Assembly: GCF_009914755.1 (NCBI RefSeq)
Contig: NC_060933.1
Reading direction: 5' to 3' (one strand)
DNA: 64,000 bases
Source: the human T2T-CHM13v2.0 reference genome, Homo sapiens
Both the position numbers and the translations under genes were made by a program. The notes below the pieces were generated by a model. It was not told the origin of the DNA. It saw only the letters and a list, made by a program, of their open reading frames with translations, and did not search any database. Shown here in pieces: positions 29,876 through 45,709 of the stretch (position 1 is its first letter; every line of letters begins with the position of its first letter).

Positions 29876-30339
29876 AAGAAAAGGTTTGTGATAAGTGATT
29901 AGTGGAAAGAAATCAAGAGCTTTCAAAGGTGGTAGGGGATGAGAAGAGCAAAGAGAAAGATCTGAGATTCATCATGCAAGCAACTGAGCAACTCTAAGTA
30001 AAGTTAAATAAAGCTAATACATATGTAGGCATTTTGCTTTCATATAAAGAACATATTTTGTTCCCATGGAAGTTAACGCAATTTTTACCTATTCATATAT
30101 TTATCCTTCCTAGCAAGGATCAGAAATTTCTGTCTTTGTTTCTTCATCATTCTTACAAGTGGGAGCACCAGGGCACACTGGGGAAATGAAGTCACTTTAG
30201 ACTTCAGGTGTGGGGCCCGGTGAGGTCACCTGGTGTTAAGTCTCTACACTGGTGCTCAGGCTCTCTTGCTGCTGCTGCTCCTGTTAGGTGTGCATATTTT
30301 CTTAGACTATAAACTGCTCCTCTGCTGTATTAACTACTT

Positions 30340-30867
30340 CATAGACAACTGTAATCCAATATTTGACAGAATAGGAACATGGTAATACCTTGATGCGATC
30401 TTTCATCCAAAATAATTTGAGACAAACTAATTCTGAAGAAAATTTATGTTGTACTTTTATAGTCACAGGGATAACTTTTGTTACATGCCATATGCATATC
30501 GAATCTGTTTCCAAAAGGATGAAAACAAAGGGGAATTTAAGTGCAGAAATTATATGTATCTATATAATTTGGGGATGGGAACATCTTGAAGTTGCTGATT
30601 GCTATTAAGCAAATGCTGCATTCTTTAGCGAATAAGTAGCATCAAAAAGAAAAACCAATATTCTCCCTCCCACCTTCTGCGCCTGAGCCAGCCTTTCACC
30701 CTTACTTAATGAAATGGAGCCGTTGATGCCTTTAACTCCTCTTTCATTTAATCTCATTAATGCAGCCTGTTGGGATTGAAGTTGTGGGTTAACGCAGGGG
30801 CAGTCTTCAGACCTCCCCAGTGAAAAGTGTCATATTTTTCAGTTAGACTTTTAATTGCTACGTCAAA
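30340..30867 (+). promoter_or_regulatory. RORB: Putative ROR-beta2 alternative promoter / 5' UTR region
   Basis: Directly upstream of the beta2 ATG, no recognisable repeats; TAATCC 30352-30357, TGCTGA 30593-30598, TTAAGC 30605-30610, CCAAT 30655-30659, TAATCT 30749-30754. Boundaries are arbitrary. Confidence 0.65.
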
Positions 30868-30907
30868 ATGTGTGAGAACCAGCTCAAAACTAAAGCTGAC
30901 GCCACTG
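30868..30907 (+). CDS. RORB: RORB isoform beta2-specific first exon, coding part (MCENQLKTKADAT + first base of Ala)
   Basis: caaaATG at 30868 (A at -3), in-frame upstream TAG at 30844-30846, translation matches the ROR-beta2 N-terminus as I recall it, consensus donor G|gtgagt at 30907/30908, phase 1 joins exon 2 (G|CA = Ala) in frame. 5' UTR extent/TSS not determinable. Confidence 0.93.
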
Positions 30908-33900
30908 GTGAGTTTTACATTTTCTTCTCTCTTCTGACATTTAGCTGTATGGACCATCCTCCAGGCAAGGAAGTAAGCATTTATAAGCTCTCAGCAAAAT
31001 AAATTGATAGCTAGGTGTGGGGACAAAAAAATATTTTCTGACTCAGGAATGTATATAATAAAACAAGTCACTCAGGCTTAATTTTACACTGGAGAAGATA
31101 TTTATATATAAATACTGTCATATCCTGGAGTGAACTACCAAATGCATAAGTTTCAAGATTAAATTCAAGTCGTTATCCACCACATTATACTAACATTAGG
31201 TTAATCATATGAACATCCTTCTCACAGTTTTGTAGCTTTGATTTTGGTCATCAGCATTGCTATCATGTTGATTTTATTTTTCTAAGTTTAAAAAAAATCT
31301 ATTTGATTTATATATATGATACCAGATGCTTTATCATATGTAAAAAATATATTTTCAAACATAATAGCTATTTGGTTGAATGATTATTAACTATGAGGTG
31401 AATTACATTTGAGTTTTTCTCCTAAATTTTTTACAAGTTAGTGCATAATTCTCTAGACACACATTATCTCATAATATAGGCAAATTTGGAGCACTTGTTT
31501 TAAGAATATTTCAGGGTAAAATGATTTATTGTAATTTCCTTGCTAGTACTAGATAGCAATGCACAACAGTTGGAAATATTAAAATGAAAATTGATATAAT
31601 TGTTTCAAATAATATAAACACTGCATTGTTCAAAAAAGTTCCTGATCAAACTAAACTCCTTTAAATATATAAACTCAGAATCACATCTTTCCACAATGCT
31701 TATAGCTTCCTGGTGCTTGTATTTGTAGGAAAAAAAGTAGATACTGTTTCTGTGCAATTACCAATTTCAAAATATATGCATTTAAAGATTTTATTGGTGA
31801 AATAAGCTATTACCAGCAGATTGCATTTCTGACATCAATGGAGTCTTTAAGTAACTATCCTTGCTACTGACAGATTTACTCAGGATATTGTTGCTGCTGT
31901 TGTTCAGAAATTAATAACACTAGACATACTAACGTCTATGTACTTAATCCTCTTTGGGTCTGAATCACAATAAGCAGGGGCTCACAGGTGAACAGAAATG
32001 TTTCTTTCTCCTCTGATTTTGTGTTTAAAAAACATGAAGTTACCTTCTACTGTAAAATTACATAAAACATAGTGGCCGATTTTAGGGGTTTATGTGCACA
32101 TACACACACACACACAGACACACACACAATTCACTTTTTAAATGAACTATATGAACAAATGTGTTTTTACATTTTGCAAAGAGAACCAGATATTTCTCTT
32201 TCTCCACTTAAATTTTAGTGGAATTAAAATGAATATCCCAAATTAAAGCTGTAGCTTTAAAAAAAAAAAAAGTTCCTACGGTAGAATACCTGGTGCTAGG
32301 CTTAGTAATTCCTAGTTTTCAGTAATGTCTTTCTCGTCTAATATTCCCACCACCCGCCCCCCCGCAAAAAAACTCTGCCTCTTTAGAAGTAATTCAAATG
32401 TCTAAAAAATGGAAAAGAAATTTTTTGTACCAATTCAATTTACATGGTAGCATCAAAATGCCTTTGCTACAAATTAACGTATAAGAAACACAGCTAACAA
32501 ATGGAACAACCGTAAGTATCTCCATTCAAATATTAGTATAGATCTCCAAAAGATCATTAGATTGTTCTACTTGTAAAAAAGCAATTTGAAAGATGGAAAT
32601 TTGTTAAAGTGAAATTTGAAAATTATAATGTTATTTCTCACTACTTTTTGTGGCAATTATACAGAGTGATGTTGTCTCTGGGAATAAGGGACAGTCGACA
32701 TGTTCATACAACAACTTCACCAGCTTACATAAACACCGAATAAAGCTGTTAGGGATTAGGTGCAGCATGCTGGATCTGATGCGCTCAAATATAAGATATC
32801 TCGGGTCCCATAATATTTAGGATTATGCTGGTAATCTCTTTAGAGGAAGTGTGCAGTATCAGCAGAACAGGCGCTTCAGTCTTTGAGGGAGCTATTCACT
32901 AATTCTACATTTGTTGGGTGACTAAGCCTCCACCTCAGTCCCACACTGACACCGGGCCTTTGTGACATTTCGCTTAGGGTGAAATTATAAGAGGGAGCTT
33001 CTAGAGTGACGTTCTAAATTATCATTTTGCTCCTGAAGCAATTTCTGGTGTGGTGTGCAAATGAGAATACTTTCCTTTAAATTCTGTATGTCTCCTTTTC
33101 AAAAAGGCCACCTGGGTAAAGACAAACTAAACTCAAACATGCCTTTCTCTAACCTCTAAAGTCATTCTTATCTCTAGAGATGAAATAAGAACTAAAATTA
33201 TCTCTTTAATTCTATAATTTCCTTTTATTTCAAGATTCAATTCTGAAGCAATGGAGGCTAAATTGCAAATTTGCTGGAACATAAATTATATAACAACGTA
33301 ATTTTCAGTGCAGAAATTGACAATATATTTAGTCATTGTAGCATCATCTATGTTCAAAAAAATCAAAGCTCTTGTAGATAATCCAATCACACACAGACGC
33401 ACACACACACACGCACACACACGCGCATGCTATAAATACCTCACCTATATTCTATAGTTTGTGTATGTAAGTATTTGGGGCATCAGTGGCTAAAGGCACA
33501 TTAAAAATCAAAAGTGTCTGCAAACGTGAAAAAGGGACAAATAACAATACAGGCAAATTGTTAAGATGTTATGAACCAGTTAAATAAAGTTACTATTAGA
33601 TTAGGAAGAGAAATGTTAGTAGAATACTAACATTCTAATCTTACATGGACATTGTCTCAGTGTGGGGTGATAGTCCACTCACATACCTCATGAGAAGATA
33701 TGATGTCACTTTTATTTTACCAGGTTTCTTTTTTCTAAAACAAAGACATTGAAATTGGTTCTGATCACTATATTTTAGAACATAGCCTCCTTCTTTTCTC
33801 TGCCGTCCTGGCTCGTCTCTTTTTTTAACACACTCAAGAGATTTAGTCTTTCTTTGCCACCAACCAGAAAAAGACATGTTTTACTTATTTTCAAACTCTC

Positions 33901-34697
33901 TGAACAAGTGCTGAGAACTTCAGGAATGGTCTCTACTGCGTCTATCAATGAACAGAATGAGAAACAGCGTGTATGCTTTCTACACCAAACTTTAGTCACT
34001 TGACTTTTGCTCGTGTGTGTGTGTATATGTGTGTGTGTGTATATTGTGGGGGGTGGAAGGCCAAAGGTTATTGTCCCAACCTTTGATTTGTCTGACTCCA
34101 AGTAGATAATTTAATGGCTTTATATTTATATTTAACAAGCATGCATTGAATCCTTGGTCTTTTCAAGTATTCTGGAAAATAATGCAATATAGGAATTAGT
34201 GAATAATACTTGGTTGAACTATATGAAATTGGCAATATTAACATTTTTTGCACAAAAAGGTGGCAATTTCATATGATTCGACTTGATATATGGTTAGTGA
34301 CTACAGATTAAGGCATGATTGATAATTCTGGAAGCATTCTGCTACTAGTTACTTTTCATTTAACCCCATTAACTAAGTCTCCAAAATAAACAAGTAATCT
34401 GGAATTTTGTTCTTGTTATTAGATTTTCCTTTTTCACTCTTCAACCACCAACTTTAAGATTGCCCTTTCCCATTGCTATTTACTACTTGAAACTTGCTCA
34501 CTTTCCAAGACCTGGCTCAAAAGGCACCTCAGCACCAAACCTTCCCAGCTTCCCCCAGTTCATATTAACATCGTCTTCTTCCAGGTTTATTTAGCAGTCA
34601 CCTGTCTGCCCTGCATTCAGGTGATGTAAACATGTGTGGCTGTAGAATTATAGTATTCATTGTGAAGACAGAAACTTGGTTTTGCACATAACTGTGA

Positions 34698-36188
<1,491 letters not shown>

Positions 36189-36224
36189 TCACTATCTCCA
36201 GCAAAAGAAGCACCTCTGTGCAAT

Positions 36225-37270
36225 TCACTTTTTTGAAAAATTAATAAACATTTTTAGCACCACTTTAGATTTACAAAATAATTGAGCAAATAGTACATAG
36301 AGTTCTGTGCACTCACCAACCCCCCAGACACAATTTCCTCTATTGTTATTTTGCATAAGTATGGCATACTTGTTACAATTATAAACCAATACTGATATAT
36401 TATTATTAACCATTTATTCTTTGTGTTGTACTATTCTATAGGTTTTGACAAATCTGTAATGATGTGTATCTGTCATTACAGTATTGTACAGAATAGTTTC
36501 ACTTCCCTAACAATTCCCTGCCCTTCACCCCTTCATCCTCTTCCTCCACTCCAAACCCATGGCAACTAATGATTTTTTTAATTATCTTTGTAGTTTTGCC
36601 CTTTGAAAAATATTATGTAGCTGGAATCAAACTGTCTTGTTTCACTCAGTAATATCCATTTAAGTTTCCAACATATATTTTCGTGGCTTAATAGCTCTTT
36701 TTATATTGCCAAATAATATTTCAAAGCACAAATGTACCACAGTTGGTTTGTCTGTTCACCTGTTGAAGGACATCTTCGTTGTTTCCAGTTTTGGGTAATT
36801 ATGAATGAAGTTGCCATAAATATTTGTGTGCACGTTGTCATGTGGACATAAGTTTTCAGTTCAATGGTAAATACCTAGGCACACAATTGTTAGGTGGTTT
36901 GGTAAGACTATGGGTAGCTTTGTAAGAAACTGTCAAACTGCCTTCCAAAGTGGGTGTACCATTTTGCATTCCTAGCAGCAATAAGCAAACATTCCATTTG
37001 TTCTGTATCCTCTCCAGCATTTGGTATTATCAGTTTTTTAAGTAGGTTTATAGTGGCACCTCATTGCTTTTAATTTGCAATTCCTTAATGACATATGATA
37101 TTCAGCATCTTTTCATATGCTTATTTTCCATTCATAAATCTTCTTTGGTTAAGTGTCTATTCAGATATTTTGCCACTTTTTGAATTTTAAGAGCACTTTG
37201 TATATTTTGGATTCAAGTACTTTATTACATACATGTTTCACAATATTTTCTCTCAGTCCTGACGTCTCTC
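36225..37270 (-). mobile_element. Old L1 (L1MB/MC/MD-like) 3' region
   Basis: 'gtcaaactgccttccaaagtgggtgtaccattttgcattcc', 'gcatcttttcatatgctta' typical of antisense L1M. Confidence 0.78.
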
Positions 37271-37765
37271 CATTCTCTTAATGCAATTTGATTTTTAACA
37301 TAGAAAAGTTGTATTTTTTTTTCATTTTCTGAAACGATATATTTTGCTCTTTTTGAATTATTCTCCAAGGAATAAACTCTGCCTGGTCATTCTAAATTAT
37401 CTCTGGGACCTGGTTTTGTGGTGTGCCCCATCCCCGTCCTTCAGTGAAGGTGATGCTGTGTAATCACGAGCTTCCTGTTGAAGGTTTAAACTAAATGTAG
37501 GCTAGAGAAAGGGGTTTAGAAAAAAAATAAGGAACTAAAGAGAGACGAGTTTTATTTACTGAAGCAAATAATTCTGTTTCTTCTTTTCATAACTGGATAA
37601 AATGAGCTATCAAGTAGAGTACATGTCTTCATATAGAGAGCGAGAAATAAATAAAGTTCTCTTCACAGAGAGGAGAGGTTTGGGAATGGAGATCCTGAGG
37701 GGTAAATTATAGAATGTATTGCTTTCCTCTTTTTTAGAACCTCTGAAATGTTATCGTGTATATGA

Positions 37766-38098
<333 letters not shown>

Positions 38099-40017
38099 AC
38101 AACCCAGATTCTTATAGGCCCAGGGTAGGAGCAAAATGCTGCATGTCTATCAGGCACCCAGGGAAGGCCAATGCTACTGGTCAGGGACCACACTTTGAGT
38201 CAGCAAGTCTCAGGACAGCACACAACAGATGAGAGGAATGCCATAAATATCCATCATGACCATTGAACTCCGTGTTAACTAATCTGCCTCAATGAGACAG
38301 GACAGCTTTTCACATGTTGGATTTCCAGAACTACCGTGAATAGCCAAAATGAGTTCATTGCTGGTTTCAAAAAACTGCTTGATCTCCCTTACCTTTATCA
38401 AAAGAAGTACCATTCAATTTTTAAAATAGAAAAACTGTATGGTTTTTAACCGTTTCAAGAGAGCCTTTGTCAGTACTGAGTATCCAAGGAGCAAGCTAGT
38501 AGCCACAACCGCAAGAGTGAGTGTACAGAAGAGGGAGGTGCCATTACCAAACATTGCTAGAATGCGGAGAAAATGTGGGTGCAGGTAACAATCATTAAAT
38601 CTGCAAAGGAAGCCTGGTACACTGGGTGTTAATTACAGTAACGCAAGATATTTCTGGAATATGCTGTGTTCTCTTTTTTCTGCCTTGTCAATTAGTGGCC
38701 AGAGTTTTCTCTCTCTTTTTTTTTTTTTTATTTTCTTCTAATCTTTCAATTATCCTACTGCCTTTATAATCCAAAGGAAATGCCTAAAAGGCAAAAGCAG
38801 AGACCACTTTTCCAGAATCCAGGGAAATTTAAAATTCCATCAGTTCTTACAGTTGCTAAAACTGTGGCTACCTGGACATCACAGAACAGTGCTTCTCAAA
38901 CTCGAATGCTAGCCTCGGGATCTCATTCTAAAGCAAATTCTGATTCAGCTGGTCTTGAGTGAGTCGTGGTAGTCTGCAGTTTTACCATGATCCCCGGAGA
39001 TGCCAATGCCACTGTTCTGTGGACCACACCTTGAGTGGTCGAAAAGACATTCACTCAACCTGAATAACGTCGGGTCCCACGCACAAGTTATCCCATTATA
39101 ATTAAAATGTTGACAGGAAAAGATGAATTTAATGGGAATTAATTCCTAAAGTATGAGTTCAAAGCCGCTACAACTTATAAAGTGATTTACTTTGTTTACA
39201 AGGGGAATATTTAACTTACCAGTATTTTCTCTTAATGATTATACTAATTGCTGTCGTTATTTGTTGGTCTCATGTTCTGTTGTTTCAGTCCTCTGGGGAG
39301 TGAGCAAACACTTCAGGGGTAAATGTTCATATGTAAGATAAATCAGCCTCTATTGTGATAATCCTACACATGATGCCTTTGAAAATGATCTTCTTTTGTC
39401 ATTATCATATGGTAGTAATTTTTTTCTTAATCTAACTTTCGATGATAAATGGTATAGGGAATTAAAATAATATAAAGCCAAATGTATCTTTAAGTTATTT
39501 AGGAGCTATCAGCCATTGGAACAGAAAACTCACACAGCCCACCACCCAGAGTATTACAGAGAAGACCCCAGATGCTGATAGACGTGAGAGTGTTATAGTA
39601 GAAATTAGAGTGCACTGAATTTCATGCACCATATTGTATATTTAGACAGGAAGCTGATGTTGAGATGCACTCTGCACTGATGAGATACACATGGGCACAA
39701 TCCAATAACAGGAATCTTTTAGAATCACCACCTTCTAGCATGGTATAGCGGCCGAAGTTCAAGACTTTTATATTTGTCCTCTGAGGATCTTATTTTTCCA
39801 AGATCCTATCCCATCCCAACCTTGGGGCTACTGTCTGATGAATCACAGTTACAGTGGAACTGGTTCCCAGAGATACCTGCTGCATCACAGACCTTTGGTT
39901 TTGTTATTAGGTGACATCAGAATATTTTGTACCTAATAGAGATAGATACTTATCAGTCTGCCAGTGAGAGAGGGAAAGAGTACAAACAGAGATTTTTAAC
40001 TTGGATTTGTCGCAGAT

Positions 40018-40057
40018 GGTAGATGAGATACAATTTGGGTAGATGAGATACAACTTG
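40018..40057. repeat. 20-bp tandem duplication (1 mismatch)
   Basis: GGTAGATGAGATACAATTTG / GGTAGATGAGATACAACTTG. Confidence 0.92.
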
Positions 40058-40606
40058 GGCTACTGAGACCATCTGCAAAAGGATTTTTAACCAAAATAGT
40101 CATCTTTATTGGAAATTTCTACATGTGTAAATTGTGCTTTACTCAGACATTAAGAGATTTAATTGCACTGCCCACTTTTAGCATAACTGTACAATTATGG
40201 GAAACAGAAGCTAACAGGTGAATCCAATGTCCTAGAATGTAGTCTGTGTCTAGGAATACAGTGTCTGGTGTCCAGGAATCATAGCCGGGTCAGATGTCCT
40301 TAAGGCAAAAAAAAAAGAAAGAGAGCAGAAAACAAAGATGCTACAAGTATAGCCCCAAACCAAAAGTGAGAAAACATAGAGAGAATTCCTGGTGACTCTT
40401 TAAAATGTTCAGATCTGGCCTGTCCCTGGGTTTTTCCACCTTCGCAGGTGATTTATGTGGTAGAGAAAATTCCTAGCTAATAACTTAACTCATTTAATTC
40501 CCAATGGGTGTCTCATCATATACAAGAATCACTTGGGGGCCTTTTCCAAAATATATATCCCCCACAATCTCTGGTTCATTCTCTTTATCCCAAATATGAA
40601 AAATCA

Positions 40607-40891
40607 GACCCAGCATGGTGGCTCATGCCTGTAATTCCAGCCCTTTGGGAGGGCAAGGCAAGCGGATCACTTGGGGCCAGAAGTTAGAGACCAGCCTGGA
40701 CAACATAGCAAGAGTCTGTCCCTACAAAAAATGTAAAAATTAGCCAGGCATGGTGGTGCACACCCACAGTCCCAGATACTCAGGAGGCTGAGATGGGAGT
40801 ATCCCCTGAGTCTGGGGGTTTGAGGCTGCAGTGAGCTACAATAACACTGCACTCCAGCCTAGATGACAAAGTGAGACCCTGTCTCAAAAAA
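40607..40891 (+). mobile_element. AluJ-like
   Basis: Diverged dimer with 'gacaacatagcaaga' and 'gaggctgcagtgagcta'. Confidence 0.9.
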
Positions 40892-42156
40892 CATTAATAT
40901 TGCTTATTGCCTCTTTTATAAGAAGGAGTATATCAAATCTCGTGGTTGTACTGAAATAAATAAAACACTTAGAACCACTACTTTAAGGAGTTATAAAAAT
41001 TCTCCTTTAGACACCATAGAAAACAAAGTATGATCTTGTCCCTCTCTTCAATGGATTTAAAATGCCCAGAATATAGGAATGGCCAAGTTGAATTGTAAGA
41101 CTTGGAAGGGTGAGAATTGAGAGCCATAAGAACAAACACAGTAAAAATGTTACCTCCAACCAGAACGTACGTGAAAAGTCTGTTATTATTACCATGCTTA
41201 ATGGATGCTTTTAAGAGTTAAGGTATTTTGTTGAATCAATGTGATGCATTTTCTAGTTAACTCATTAGCTGGATTAGTTTATATAATCTTAACACCTGCT
41301 GTTACTAGCGGAGGTTCTGAGGGGGCAGAACTAAAAATGTGTGTGTTTTGACATGCAGGAAGAAGTGAAAACATGGTAGTTTTGTGCAAAGTTGTGGCAG
41401 GGAACTCTAAACAAAGAAGGGGTTTTCAGGGGGAGCTTGGGGGAGAGAATTGCCATCTTCAAAGAGGGAGAGAAATTTTGTTTATTCCATAATTGTTGAA
41501 TAGGATCTGCCTGCCAGATCACTAGATAGTAAACTAATTGTACTTCATCATTTGTTCTAATATAAAGTAAAGCAGCAAATTATTTTAAATCTTTCATGAC
41601 GCTCTTTGACACTGTCATAATATTGTTTCAAAAAAGATAAAATTATATAGCATTGATTTTATAAACAAAAATATTAATTAATACATAACATTTTAACTAT
41701 AGTCTCCACAAAGGATTACCAATAGAAAAATATAAGTGAAATGAATATCTAAGAAATTGAAAAAATGAAAAATGAATAAACCTCACTCAAGCCATCTCTC
41801 AGGGCATTTCAGTTCCTCTAAGTTTGTCTCTTGGGGAATACTATTGTTGAATAAATCCATGAGTCAAGCAAAATACAAAGGTCAAACTCTTTCCTCAGTT
41901 TCCTTCTATAACCTTCATTGTAACAGCTGGTGAGGTCCAAACAGCCAAATCCTCCCAAGATGTTCAGTTGGAAACCGTAGTCAACAGCATGTCACTAGAT
42001 CTGTATTCACTGCAAGACAATTCCACAAGAGCCTATGCCTGTTATAGTGGCAAGATATTGAGAAATGGCAGGCATTGGAGAAATAATGGGATTTGTTGTT
42101 CTAATCAGTTTGTGAAATGCTGTCTGGAAGATGTGCTTTATAAAACACATAGTATA

Positions 42157-42492
<336 letters not shown>

Positions 42493-45481
42493 TTACATGA
42501 GAGAAAATGAAAAGAATTAGTATTTTAAATGACTTAAATTTACCTTTACCTATCATAAACCTCGGATGATTTATTATATTGCAATAAGTTAAAATGGTCA
42601 CAGATTTCCAAACTGATAACCCCTTTCCACACACAGCTATACACATATACCATTTTAAGTGACTTATTTCTCTTTAAAAATGTTGTTAAGATGTTTATAG
42701 TTCTTCAGGATTACATGTTGAGTCTGGATTATAAATATGTATAAATATGCAGATGCTCTATCAAATGTTCCTTATCTCATTTGTATTTCCAAAGTTGTGT
42801 AAGATAACCTCTGTGGCTTTCAAAAACATCTTGTCACACCCCAGGGGGCAAATTATCTCTATTTTCATTTCCTTTAAAGTTAGATCATTTTATAATTAAG
42901 AACTTATAGAAGCAGATTCTCCCCACGTGTAAGCTACTCCCTGGGGAGTAATTTATGCAAAGAGAACCTTTGACTTAATATTATATAAGCTAAAAACTAT
43001 ACAATGGATAACTGAGATTTTTAGTCAATTTTGTAATCGTTATAAACAATCCAACATTTGAAAGGTTATTGCTAAAAAAAAAAACCATAGTACAAATGAC
43101 TTGCTGTGTCATTTATTAGATTATTTTTAAATGAAAAGATCTTTGATAAAGGAATAATAATGTGGCTTGTCATATTTTGTGTCCAAAAGTTTTAGAAAAC
43201 CAGTTAACAATAATGATTGATGTGATGATGATGATAATGAAGACTAACATTTCCTAGCTCTTCAGCATTTTACAAGGTGCTTCTACATAAAATATCTGTT
43301 TGAACCTCACAAATCTATGAAGTTTGTCAGTTAAGCTTTATAAACTAGAAAGCATAAGATCAGATATTTTATCTTGGCCGTGGCTCCAATCATTAACAGA
43401 CTAAGGACTGGAGTCCAGAAGGACAGAATAGAATAACATCAAATCTCATATTTTTCTCCTATCACAAAATCTTGAAAACAAATACTAGCTCGTGTAATCT
43501 AAAAGCTAAAATAAAAAGAAATGAATAGAAATGTATACTTAGTCTCATAAGTATTTTAGAGGTGACTTTGTCTCTTCTGTTTTTTTATCATTAGCTCTTT
43601 AGCTGGAGCTATTGGAGTAATATAGGAATTTAAAACTGTAATCTTATTTTGTCTGTGTGGAAGTCAGAGAATGGTTACTGAATGAAGTATCAGGATATTT
43701 AGCTAATTTCTGGTTGTCAATTCCCAAATCACCTCAAAAGCAGAACTTAACCTGGATCCTCAATTTTTTCACATGAAAAATAGGCACACAACACTGAGGT
43801 TTTTTGCTTACAAAGATGATTTGAAATTTCTGTGAAATATTTACTTTTTTAAAAATTCAATGTACTGCCCTAAAGCTAAGTATTGTCTTTTTTAAAAAAT
43901 GTAAAATAAGAAAAAGAGGGCAATGTCTTGCATTTATTTGTTTTGTATATGCAAGAGTGAGAAACTGTAGAAAAGCATCCAAGTGGCAGATTGATATACA
44001 ACGCATTTTGAAGTATATTTTGCATAATTATTTTAAATTGTAAGAGGAAATAGCAGATCTTCTAGTGTGTATAATTTTAACAACTCTTAGAATACTATCA
44101 GACATAGGAATCACTACATTCTAAATAAATTTTGTCTCATGGATCCATCCATAACCTGTGTGCTGATTATTTAAAATCATCTTACCAAGAGGTTCTATAT
44201 ACAGGACTTTACACCAAATTGCACACATAGAAAATAGAAATCCCATGCCCCACCATATTCCACCAAAGTAACTGCCTTACCAACAACCCCATTTCTGTCC
44301 AACTTACTACCTTATCTCAGCCTCTTGGCTAGGAAACTAGGAGTCACCTTTGACTCTTCGTTTCCATGTCGGTTCCCTTTTTTAATCATATAATCTAGCT
44401 TCTGCCTTTGAACCATCTTTCTATTTACATCTTCCTCTCCATTTATCCTACCACTTATGTAATAAGCCATGTTTTTATCTCCTAACACCCAAGTTGGAAG
44501 TAATCTTTAGTTGGTCTTCTGCTTGTTTATGGGTAGCCTGCCAAACTCACCTTTCTAAGGTGAGTTACTTTGATCGTTTCTTTACCCTGTTCACTTCGTT
44601 GATTCCTTATGGCCAGTGAGATCAGATGAAAACCTCTCTGCCTAACCCCAGGAACTCCATAATCTGGCATCAACCCTCTAGCCAATCATCTGACCTAAAT
44701 TTACATTATAGCCAAGTTATTGTCTCAATGATCACAATCCACAATCATCCCAGGCCTCCAATCTTTTTTCATTTCCCTTCTGCCAACAGAAATGCCCTTT
44801 GCCTTTCCCTTCGGCCTAATTAAATCCTGCACGATCTTCAGAATCAACAAAAATGCCTTCATCTCCAATGAAACTATTTCAGTTTGTATTGAATTCATAT
44901 TTGGTACCCTCATAATTTATCCTGATTTCTCCATGTATTAATTTCATTAATTAGATTATTAGCATCATTAGCATATGTTATCCTCCATCAATATCCTTTA
45001 TTATTTTAGAGAACATATACAGCATGCTCAGTAAATATTGGACTGATTTATTATTGACATTTTTGTAAGTAAACATCCAGCCACACAATGTATAAAGCTA
45101 CCATGCACTGCTCCCTCCCAGAGTTTTGCTTTATTTATGTACTTATTTTAAATATCACTGAGGTAAGGCCATGTGAAAGATCTCAGTAACTTAATGTTTC
45201 AAGTGCAAAATAAGAAAAGAAAAGCCGTGGGTTCAAAGGCTTTTTGAGTCCCACTACTTTTAAGGTCAAATTCACAAAGGAGAAAACAGTGAATGCAAGA
45301 CTTTGGAAAACTGGTTTCTGGTTGTATTTTTTTAGTTTGAGAAAAACGAAGCAAACTGTGGCAGAGAAATGTACTTTGACTTAGAAGAAGCTTAGGACAG
45401 CCATGCAAATACTAATGGATGACTCCCACACCACCGCTCACACCCCAGTATTTTCAAATACAAACATCAAGGCAGAGATAG

Positions 45482-45709
<228 letters not shown>

